Below are positions 57,216-64,000 of a stretch of 64,000 bases of DNA, in pieces. The stretch lies in contig JAFIHF010000013.1 in NCBI GenBank assembly GCA_017848855.1, forward strand, positions 73,867-137,866. The letters are read 5' to 3'. The stretch is from Rhodanobacter denitrificans. GTDB taxonomy: Bacteria > Pseudomonadota > Gammaproteobacteria > Xanthomonadales > Rhodanobacteraceae. Every line of letters starts with the position of its first letter. The first letter of the stretch is position 1. The notes under the pieces are model-generated. The model saw only the letters and a program-made list of their open reading frames with translations, did not search any database and was not told the DNA's origin. The position numbers and the translations under genes were made by a program.

Positions 57216-58367
57216 CTAGCGGCCCGCGGCACCGTCCACCGAGAAGCGATAGACGATGTGGTTGTGGTAGACCTGCCCCGGCATCAGCCGCGCAGAACCG
57301 AAATCGGGGTGGTTGGGTGTGTCCGGAAACAGCTGCGGCTCAAGCACGAAGGCGTCGCCCTGGCGGTAGATTCGCCCTGACTTGCCCACACTGGTACCGT
57401 CCAGGAAGTTGCCCGAGTAGAACTGCAGGCCCGGCTGTGCGGAATAGAGGGTCAGCACACGGCCACTGTGTGGGTCTTCCACTTTCGCCACCAGTCGCGG
57501 CGCGGACACCTTGGCGCGGCTGATCACCCAGTTCATGTCGTAGCCGCGGCCGCGCAGTAACTGCCCTTCCTTGCCGTCGCGGATGTCGCGGCCGATCGGC
57601 TTGCCCTGGCGGAAGTCGTAGTCGGTGCCGGCCACGGGGCGGAACTCGCCGGTGGGGATCAGCGTGTCGTCCACCGGCGTGATGCCGTCGGCCGGGATGG
57701 TGAGGACGTCGTCGTACACGCTGCCCGAGCCTTCGCCGCCCAGGTTCCAGTAAGCGTGGTTGCTGAGGTTGACGATGGTGGGCTTGTCGGTAGTGGCGCT
57801 GTAGTCGATGTCCAGTTCGTGACCGGCCTTGAGCGTGTAGGTGACGGTAGCGGTGAGCGTGCCGGGATAGCCCTGGTCGCCGTCGGGACTGACATAGCGC
57901 AGCGTCACGCTGGGCTCGGGCGACTTCACCACCTTCACCACCTGCCACACCACCTTGTCGAAACCCAGGGTGCCGCCGTGCAACGAATTCGGCCCGTCGT
58001 TGAGCGTGATCTGGTAGCTCTTGCCGTCCAGCACAAAGCGCCCCTTCGCGATGCGGTTGGCGAAGCGCCCAACGGTGGCGCCAAAGTACTGTGGCTTGGC
58101 CAGGTAGTCGTGCAGGTCGGGGTAGGCCAGCACCACGTCCGCCAGCTTGCCGTGGCGATCCGGCAACATGAGCGATTGCAAGCTCGCGCCGAGGCTGATC
58201 ACACGAGCGGTGAAACCGCGGCCGTCGTCCAGTGCCACCACCTCCACCTTGCGCCCATCTGGCATCGTGCCGAAGGTGGCGCGGCTGGCGTCGGCCGCCA
58301 CACACAGCCACGGCGCAGCCAGCAGCGACAGGACGAAGGTGCAGGCGATCAGGTGCTTGTTCATCAT
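57216..58367 (-). CDS. galM: Aldose 1-epimerase (galactose mutarotase), with signal peptide
   Basis: It has GATVGRFANRIAKGRF, NSLHGG and the FEPQ-like VLEPQ motif. ATG at 58367 lies 5 nt after GGAGG. Confidence 0.88.
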   Translation of the reverse strand: MMNKHLIACTFVLSLLAAPWLCVAADASRATFGTMPDGRKVEVVALDDGRGFTARVISLGASLQSLMLPDRHGKLADVVLAYPDLHDYLAKPQYFGATVGRFANRIAKGRFVLDGKSYQITLNDGPNSLHGGTLGFDKVVWQVVKVVKSPEPSVTLRYVSPDGDQGYPGTLTATVTYTLKAGHELDIDYSATTDKPTIVNLSNHAYWNLGGEGSGSVYDDVLTIPADGITPVDDTLIPTGEFRPVAGTDYDFRQGKPIGRDIRDGKEGQLLRGRGYDMNWVISRAKVSAPRLVAKVEDPHSGRVLTLYSAQPGLQFYSGNFLDGTSVGKSGRIYRQGDAFVLEPQLFPDTPNHPDFGSARLMPGQVYHNHIVYRFSVDGAAGR

Positions 58368-58484
58368 GCAGTCCTCCACTTGTGGAATGACATCACGCAG
58401 GTCCGAACATCAGCATATAATAAGACATTTGGCAAGTAGTTTAGCCAAAAGCCGCCTAGCCACCTCTCGCAGCGCGAGCTGCCA

Positions 58485-60500
58485 TCAAGAGTGGCGCGGA
58501 TCCGGCACATCGGTATCGGCGCGCAACAGCAACAAGTAGCTCGCCGCCGACCAGCTGAAGTTCTGCGACTGCTCGCCCTGTCCGCTCAGCGGATCGTAGT
58601 TTTCGCGGAACGTCGCCTGCCCATCGGCCAGACCCCTGGCGTTCAGCACCAGCTGGCGCGCCATGGCATCCGCCACCGCGCGGTAGCCGTAACGCCGCAG
58701 CGCCTCGACGCCGAACAGCGACTGGTCCAGCCACACCGGCCCGCGCCAGTAGCCCTTGACCGGCGAGAAGCGCGGATCGTCGGCGGCCAGCGTGGGGAAC
58801 GGCATCGCCGTGGCGAACTTGCGCGGATCCATCATCGTCTTTTCCACCGCAGCGGCCTGCGCCGGTGTGGCCGCGCCGGCCCACAGCGGCGCCCAGCCTT
58901 CCGAACCGTACACGCGCACGCGTTCCGGCTTGCCCAGCTTGCGGTCGAAGAACCAGCCCGCATCGGCGTCGTACATGTTCGACCGGATCGCCGCCGCGAT
59001 GCCTACGGCCTGTGCCTGCCACGCGCGTTCGTCCCGCGGCTTGCCGAGGATGGCCGCGATCCGCGCGAGATCGCCCGCCTCGCTGTAGAGATAGGCGTTG
59101 AGATCCACCGACACCTGGTCCATCGACCACGCCTGCGCGCCGTTCTTCAGCATCCGGATGCCATCGAAACGCACGGCGTTGTCCATGCCGCTTTCCCACT
59201 TCGCCGCGATGGCCGTGCCGTCGGTGGAACCGTATTCGGCGAGCCCGTCGTGGTCGTGGTCGCGCGCGGCGTACCACCAGCGGTGGTAGCGCACCAGCTT
59301 GTCGTACATCTCCGCGAGAAATGCGCGGTCGCCGGTGGCGTGGTACACCTGCATCACCGCCCAGGTCGCCAGCGGCGGCTTGCTGTCGCGCCAGTTGTCG
59401 TTGGCGCGGTCGAGGAACACACAGTCCGGCAGCATGCCGTCGGCGGCCTGGTAGTCGAACATCGCGCGGATCTGATCGCGCGCAAGATCGGGATCGAACC
59501 ACGCCAGCGCAGCGGCGTGCTTCCACGCATCCCAGGCCCAGAAGCCGTTGAAGTCGGGGTTGGAATACGAGGGGATCACACCGTCGTGGCGCAGGTCGCC
59601 GCGCGCCGCGCGCCAGTTGCCGATCAGGGTGATGACGGCCTTCGCGGCCACGCGCCGCGCCACCGCATCGGGCAGGCCGGGCAGGTGGCTGGCGTCCACC
59701 GACTTCAGGTAACCCGCCCAGCGCGCGCGGTTGGCCGCCCATGCCCCGGCATGGTCGAGTGCCGGCGGGCTGGCGGTGCGCGTGTCGTGGCGCAGGGTCT
59801 GCACCACGTAGAGCGTGGCGGGCTGGCCGGGTGCCAGATGCAGCGGACGGTCCAGCGCGATGCGGTAGTCGTCGCCCGACACGCCGGTCCGGCCGGCGTC
59901 GGCGCCATCGAGGTGCAGCCGCGTGTCGAGCTGCGCATGCCCGAAATCCCGCGTCACTGCGCCGCCGCTGCCGGCGAGGCGGCTCCCCGGCACCGGCATG
60001 ACGCGCCCGCCGATCGCCACGTCGAGTTCGCGCGCCGTGGCGGACTGCAGTTCGATGCGCACCAGCGCATGCCAGGAGTCGGCGAAGAACAGCGTCTGCC
60101 GCACCGCGAGGCCCGGCGCGGCGAACTCGCGCTCCAGCGCGCCCGGCACCGCATGGCTTGCCACTTCCCGCAGCGCGATGTCGCCCTTCCCGTCGGCATC
60201 GCGCAGGACGAGCGCGGCGAAGCGCACGCCCGCCCACTGCCCCGTACCCAGGCTGTGCACGAAGGGACCGCTGAACCCGGTCGTGCCGTCGCCGGCCTGC
60301 GGCAGGCTGTAGCCCTGCCACGCGCCGGCGTCGAAGAAGATGTTGAAGCCACGATCGGTCGGCGTGCCCGGCGTGCCGTGGAAATCGAACAGATCCCGAT
60401 ACGACGCGGCGGCATCCGCTTGGCCCGCCGGCACGGCCTTCGCGCCGAATGCCACGGCCGCGGCCATGGCGAAAGCAAGCAACTTGACGAGTGAATGCAT
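58485..60500 (-). CDS. Secreted (alpha/alpha)6-barrel glycoside hydrolase, GH63/GH37-like (YgjK/trehalase-like)
   Basis: It has a signal peptide, FNGFWAWDAW, EYGSTDG and KWESGMDNA. The family call is from memory of the YgjK/trehalase motifs. Confidence 0.65.
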   Translation of the reverse strand: MHSLVKLLAFAMAAAVAFGAKAVPAGQADAAASYRDLFDFHGTPGTPTDRGFNIFFDAGAWQGYSLPQAGDGTTGFSGPFVHSLGTGQWAGVRFAALVLRDADGKGDIALREVASHAVPGALEREFAAPGLAVRQTLFFADSWHALVRIELQSATARELDVAIGGRVMPVPGSRLAGSGGAVTRDFGHAQLDTRLHLDGADAGRTGVSGDDYRIALDRPLHLAPGQPATLYVVQTLRHDTRTASPPALDHAGAWAANRARWAGYLKSVDASHLPGLPDAVARRVAAKAVITLIGNWRAARGDLRHDGVIPSYSNPDFNGFWAWDAWKHAAALAWFDPDLARDQIRAMFDYQAADGMLPDCVFLDRANDNWRDSKPPLATWAVMQVYHATGDRAFLAEMYDKLVRYHRWWYAARDHDHDGLAEYGSTDGTAIAAKWESGMDNAVRFDGIRMLKNGAQAWSMDQVSVDLNAYLYSEAGDLARIAAILGKPRDERAWQAQAVGIAAAIRSNMYDADAGWFFDRKLGKPERVRVYGSEGWAPLWAGAATPAQAAAVEKTMMDPRKFATAMPFPTLAADDPRFSPVKGYWRGPVWLDQSLFGVEALRRYGYRAVADAMARQLVLNARGLADGQATFRENYDPLSGQGEQSQNFSWSAASYLLLLRADTDVPDPRHS

Positions 60501-60638
60501 GGAACCGTGTCTCCGCATGAATCCGTGCCAGCACGGCGGCCCAGTCTGCACCACGGCTCCGCCGATGTCGCCGACCCACTGTCTCGCCCCGCGCGACCGG
60601 CGCATGCTATTCCTCCCGGCTCGTCCGGAAACAGCGTC

Positions 60639-62015
60639 ATGACCCTGCGCAGCCTGTTCGTCGACTTCAACAGCTACTTCGCCTCGGTGGAACAGCACGA
60701 GGCGCCGGCGCTGCGCGGGCGGCCGGTGGGCGTGGCGCCGGTGGCGGCGGAAACCACCAGCCTGATCGCCGCCAGCTACGAGGCGAAGGCGTGCGGCGTC
60801 GGCACCGGCACGATGGTGCGCGAGGCGCGGCGGCTGTGCCCCGGCATCGCCATCGTCGCCGCGCGGCCGGAGCGCTACGTGCACTGGCACCACGTGCTGA
60901 TCGCGGCGATCGACCGCGCCATCCCGATCGCCCAGGTCGGTTCGATCGACGAGGTGGCCTGCGAGCTGGTGGGCCGCCAGCGCCAGCGCGCGGAGGCCGA
61001 GCGCATCGCGCGGCAGGTGAAGGCGGAGATCGCGCAGGCCGCGCCCGGCGGCGCGATCCGCTGCTCGGTCGGCATCGCGCCGAACGACTTCCTCGCCAAG
61101 ACCGCCACCGACATGCGCAAGCCCGACGGCCTGGTGGTGATCGAGCAGGCCGATTTGCCGCAGGCGCTGCATGGCCTCAAGCTGCGCGATTTGTGCGGCA
61201 TCGGCGCCTCGATGGAGGCGCGGCTCAACGCCGAAGGCATCTTCACCGTGGCCCAGCTCACCGCCGCCTCGAAGCTGGTGCTGCGCCGCGCCTGGGGCGG
61301 CATCGAGGGCGAGCGCATGTGGGGCCTGCTGCGCGGCGCCTGGCTGCCCGCCGCCGCGAGCACGCGAAGCTCGCTGGGCCACTCGCACGTGCTCGGCCCC
61401 GAACTGCGCAACCCCGAGGGCGCGCTGGCGGTGCTGAAGAAGCTGCTGGTGAAGGCGGCGATGCGCCTGCGCCGCGAACAACTGCTGGCCGGCGCGATGG
61501 CGGTGCGCATCCGCTACGTCGGCCACGACGAACGCTGGGAAGGCGCCCTCAACTTCGAGCCCACCGACGACAGCCGCGGCCTGCTGCACCTGCTCGCCAC
61601 CCTGCTCGACGCCGGCCGCGTGCGCGGCCGCCCGCTGCCCGGCCCCGCGCGCGCCGTGCCGCTGTCGGTGAGCGTCACCCTGCTGCGCCTCGCCGAACGC
61701 GCGCAGACCAGCGGCTCGCTGTTCGCCCCCGCCGGCGACGCGCGCAAGGTCGACGCGGTGGTGGACCGCATCAACGCGAAATACGGCCTCAACAAGGTCT
61801 ACTTCGGCGGCATGCAGGCCGCACTGGCCCACGACGCCGCGCCCATGCGCATCCCGTTCAACCGCATCCCCGACGGCGGCAGCGAACAGGAAGCCGAGCA
61901 CAACGCGCTATGGCTGCAATCGCTCAACAAGTTCAAGGCGATGGCGGAAGGGGAGCATCGGCGGAGGGAGAGGGAGCGAGGCGGTGGGCGTGGAGGCAAG
62001 CCTTCATCTGGTTGA
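60639..62015 (+). CDS. Y-family DNA polymerase (DinB/ImpB superfamily), stand-alone
   Basis: It has the N-terminus LFVDFNSYFASVEQ and the motifs SIDEVACEL and GIAPNDFLAKTATD. Product of 458 aa with a basic Arg/Gly-rich tail. Confidence 0.85.
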   Translation: MTLRSLFVDFNSYFASVEQHEAPALRGRPVGVAPVAAETTSLIAASYEAKACGVGTGTMVREARRLCPGIAIVAARPERYVHWHHVLIAAIDRAIPIAQVGSIDEVACELVGRQRQRAEAERIARQVKAEIAQAAPGGAIRCSVGIAPNDFLAKTATDMRKPDGLVVIEQADLPQALHGLKLRDLCGIGASMEARLNAEGIFTVAQLTAASKLVLRRAWGGIEGERMWGLLRGAWLPAAASTRSSLGHSHVLGPELRNPEGALAVLKKLLVKAAMRLRREQLLAGAMAVRIRYVGHDERWEGALNFEPTDDSRGLLHLLATLLDAGRVRGRPLPGPARAVPLSVSVTLLRLAERAQTSGSLFAPAGDARKVDAVVDRINAKYGLNKVYFGGMQAALAHDAAPMRIPFNRIPDGGSEQEAEHNALWLQSLNKFKAMAEGEHRRRERERGGGRGGKPSSG

Positions 62016-62032
62016 ACCCGGCGCGACACACC

Positions 62033-62191
62033 TCACAAGCGTTGCGTGTACAACAAACCTATCAATGCGACAAATAGGATCAGGCCCGCAATCGTGGCCG
62101 CAAGCGCAGCGCTGCCGGTCGCGACACAACTTGTCGACCAGATCGCTGCGAGAACCAACCACGGAACCCATGCCTCAAGTCTTGGCCTCAT
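62033..62191 (-). CDS. Possible 52-aa hydrophobic peptide (not in the ORF track, below its size cut-off)
   Basis: My hand translation gives MRPRLEAWVPWLVLAAIWSTSCVATGSAALAATIAGLILFVALIGLLYTQRL*. It predicts two TM-like segments. The ribosome-binding site is weak and GC is low (about 57% for 62041-62140). Confidence 0.3.
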   Translation of the reverse strand: MRPRLEAWVPWLVLAAIWSTSCVATGSAALAATIAGLILFVALIGLLYTQRL

Positions 62192-62289
62192 CTCACGGAG
62201 CCACAGTAACCATCGGACATGGTTTGGACGTTTCCAAAACGATCCCGGACCGACTTCCAGACCGGCCAGCGATCACTCGCCTGCCCGCC

Positions 62290-62421
62290 GACCTCTCCGC
62301 AACTTCACCGCCCCCGCTCAGTGCGCGGCTGCCTTCAGCGTAGTGATACACATCGCCGCGTCGGTGACCGTGATCACCGCGCGTTCCAGTAGTTGAATGT
62401 CGGCTTCGCGCTGGCGCGCCA
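62290..62421 (-). pseudogene. Detached, diverged copy of the 3' end of the mgs gene
   Basis: It aligns with 63118-63249 at an offset of 828 nt. The right-most 101 nt have 15 mismatches by hand alignment. It still reads ARQREADIQLLERAVITVTDAAMCITTLKAAAH* in the mgs frame. Confidence 0.75.
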
Positions 62422-62427
62422 TTCCAC

Positions 62428-62721
62428 CTACGCCGGCTGGAACGAAAGCTTCAGCCCCAGCGCACGCGCCACTTTCAAGACCGTGGCGAAGCTGGGGTTG
62501 CCTTCGCCGGACAGCGCCTTGTACAGGCCTTCGCGGGTCATGCCGGTGTCGCGGGCAAGCTGGCTCATGTTGCGCGCACGGGCAACCACGCCCAAGGCGT
62601 GCGCGATGAAAGCCGGATCGTCGCCGCCCTCCTCCATGCAGGCATCCAGATACAGGGCGATGTCCTCCTCGGTGCGCAGGTGCTCGGCGCTATCCCATTT
62701 GCGGAACGTTGCGGTAGTCAT
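62428..62721 (-). CDS. HTH-type addiction-module antidote protein (HigA/COG3636-like antitoxin)
   Basis: The 97-aa product has EEDIALYLDACMEEGGDDPAFIAHALGVVARARNMSQLARDTGMTREGLYKALSGEGNPSF, the typical antidote-protein pattern. Confidence 0.85.
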   Translation of the reverse strand: MTTATFRKWDSAEHLRTEEDIALYLDACMEEGGDDPAFIAHALGVVARARNMSQLARDTGMTREGLYKALSGEGNPSFATVLKVARALGLKLSFQPA

Positions 62722-62724
62722 CGT

Positions 62725-63021
62725 TCACCCTCTCCACTGTTTGGCAATGGTCTTGGCATCGGCAATATCCGCCGCTTGCGTGCGCTTGTCGCCGCCGCAA
62801 AGCAGCACCACCAGCACCATGCCGCGCTGCAGGAAATACACCCGGTAGCCGGGGCCGTGATCGATCCGAAGCTCGCTGACGCCTTCGCCCACCGGCTTCG
62901 CGTCGCCCGGGTTACCCATGGAAAGCCGGTCGATCCGGGCCTGAATCCGTCGCTTTGCATGGGCATCGCGCAAGCCCGCGAACCAAGCATCGAATACGCT
63001 GCTTGTGATGATTTCGACCAT
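62725..63021 (-). CDS. RelE/ParE-superfamily addiction-module killer protein (COG3657-like toxin)
   Basis: The 98-aa product has FDAWFAGLRD..AKRRIQARIDRLSMGNPGD.KPVGEGVSELRIDHGPGYRVYF. The toxin-first order is as in higBA. ATG at 63021. Confidence 0.85.
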   Translation of the reverse strand: MVEIITSSVFDAWFAGLRDAHAKRRIQARIDRLSMGNPGDAKPVGEGVSELRIDHGPGYRVYFLQRGMVLVVLLCGGDKRTQAADIADAKTIAKQWRG

Positions 63022-63022
63022 A

Positions 63023-63040
63023 TGTGAACCATGGATCACA
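63023..63040. promoter_or_regulatory. Near-perfect 18-bp palindrome TGTGAACCATGGATCACA abutting the toxin start (candidate TA operator)
   Basis: Seen directly. On the coding strand a perfect TTGACA hexamer (63051-63056) lies just upstream. Confidence 0.4.
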
Positions 63041-63100
63041 CAGTGGCGAATGTCAAGCACAGTTCACAGTAATGCCAGGGATTCACTCCCAAGCCGACAT

Positions 63101-63985
63101 TCAGCCAACCGCCCGTCTTCCCCGCCGCAACTCCACCGCCTCCGCCCAGCGCGCGGCCACCTTCGGCGTGGTGATGCACACCGCCGTGTCGGTGACGGTG
63201 GTCACCGCGCGCTCCAGCAGCTGGATGTCGGCCTCGTGCTGGCGCGCCACGTGCGGGTCTTCGAAGAAGATCGCGCGGTGGCAGCGGCGTTCCAGCACGA
63301 GGTCGGCGATCTGCGCGTCGCCGCCCATCGGGCCGCTCTGGTAGCGGTCTGCCCACGGTTCGCCCTGCGGCCAGCCGCGGCTCCAGGCCAGTTCGTTGAG
63401 GCGCGATCCGGTGGTGCCGGTGGCGACGCGGCGGGCGAAGCGCGACAAGGTGTCGAAGTGTTCGGCCGCGTAGGCCAGCATCGCGGGCTTCATCGCGTCG
63501 TGGGCGATCAGGGCCAGCGTCTGCGACTCGGGCGCATGCAGGTCGTCGGCGCCGGGGTCGGGCGCCAGCCCGGCGTGCATGCGTTCCAGCTCGATCCAGT
63601 CGCGCGCGGAGGCGACGGTGGAGAGGAAGGGCTTGGCGTGGATCACGCACTGGCGCTTGAGCGCCGCCGCCTCGGGGAACACCGAGGACGGATCGACCGG
63701 GTCGATCAGGTAGATCGCGCCGTCCAGCGTGCGCGCCGCGCCGTCCATGCCCACCACCTCGGCCACCAGCTTCATCAGGCCGCCCTCGCGGCCATAGGGG
63801 TAGCGGCGCAGCGGCGGGTAATCCGCGAGCAGGCCGGCGCGCGCGATCGCGTCGTGGGTGCGGCCTACCGCGTGCAGGCCGAGGCCGAGTTCGCGGATGC
63901 CGCGCTCGCAGGCGCGCAGCCAGCGGAACAGCGCCGCGTCGTCGCGGCTGTGGTGCAACTGGTTGGCGGCCAGGCCCAGGCGCAT
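63101..63985 (-). CDS. mgsA: Methylglyoxal synthase with a duplicated MGS-like domain (degenerate N-domain plus catalytic C-domain)
   Basis: The C-terminal half has LALIAHDAMK, ATGTTG, SGPMGGDAQI and QHEADI, like E. coli MgsA. The N-terminal half aligns in outline but lacks these residues. ATG at 63985; the track start at 63994 is GTG. Confidence 0.8.
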   Translation of the reverse strand: MRLGLAANQLHHSRDDAALFRWLRACERGIRELGLGLHAVGRTHDAIARAGLLADYPPLRRYPYGREGGLMKLVAEVVGMDGAARTLDGAIYLIDPVDPSSVFPEAAALKRQCVIHAKPFLSTVASARDWIELERMHAGLAPDPGADDLHAPESQTLALIAHDAMKPAMLAYAAEHFDTLSRFARRVATGTTGSRLNELAWSRGWPQGEPWADRYQSGPMGGDAQIADLVLERRCHRAIFFEDPHVARQHEADIQLLERAVTTVTDTAVCITTPKVAARWAEAVELRRGRRAVG

Positions 63986-64000
63986 CGTGTTCACCCTCTC

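Noticed and set aside
58395-58460. A sigma-54-like TGGC...TTGCC string (TTGGCTAAACTACTTGCCAA on the minus strand) upstream of galM.
   Set aside because: The GG-to-GC spacing is one nucleotide longer than the -24/-12 consensus. No enhancer-binding protein gene is nearby. It is kept only as part of an AT-rich putative promoter region.
60501-60638. A LexA/SOS box upstream of the Y-family polymerase.
   Set aside because: I found neither a CTGT-N8-ACAG palindrome nor a TTAG-N6-TACTA palindrome by eye.

Overview
This is a high-GC gammaproteobacterial chromosome segment. My hand counts of 100-nt samples give about 70-72% GC in core genes. Gene content and the palindromic intergenic repeat (REP-like) types suggest Xanthomonadales/Lysobacterales, which is an inference. 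I can support about 57 protein genes, one ncRNA (6S RNA), several rho-independent terminators and an unusually rich set of palindromic intergenic repeats. I saw no tRNA, rRNA, CRISPR array, transposase or integrase. From left to right the window contains: a nucleoside hydrolase; the rpoZ-spoT-ridA-recG operon (-); mlaA (+) facing mlaFEDCB (-); yicC-gmk (-); rph-GNAT-rdgB (+); a Doc toxin/AbrB-type antitoxin (TA) islet (-); hemW; a translationally coupled DUF1631 + PilZ pair; pepQ; cydP-like-cydABX; ygfB-pepP (-); a coiled-coil gene, zapA, 6S RNA, 5-formyl-THF cyclo-ligase and an EVE gene; a 730-bp nested inverted-repeat structure; rpiA; a TonB-dependent-receptor (TBDR) carbohydrate locus 1 (TBDR-GH3-GH30-NPP, -); a ClC channel; dgoRKAD with SDR, lactonase, sugar porter and GH43 (+); a lower-GC TBDR carbohydrate locus 2 (GH63-like, galM, GH5-like, TBDR, two sialidase-fold proteins with different carbohydrate-binding modules, -); an orphan Y-family polymerase; and a RelE/ParE + HTH-antitoxin cassette at the 3' end of a two-domain methylglyoxal synthase gene. 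The observations most worth follow-up are: (1) the toxin-antitoxin cassette bracketed by a diverged ~130-bp direct duplication of the mgs 3' end; (2) the DUF1631-PilZ pair; (3) the compositionally distinct glycan locus with paralogous sialidase-fold proteins; (4) an MlaD with two MCE domains; (5) a perfect 9-copy heptamer repeat directly after spoT; (6) the diversity of REP/MITE-like palindromes. Functions come from motif and family recognition by eye, without searches. Start codons are best guesses, and the ORF track renders TTG/GTG starts as M.
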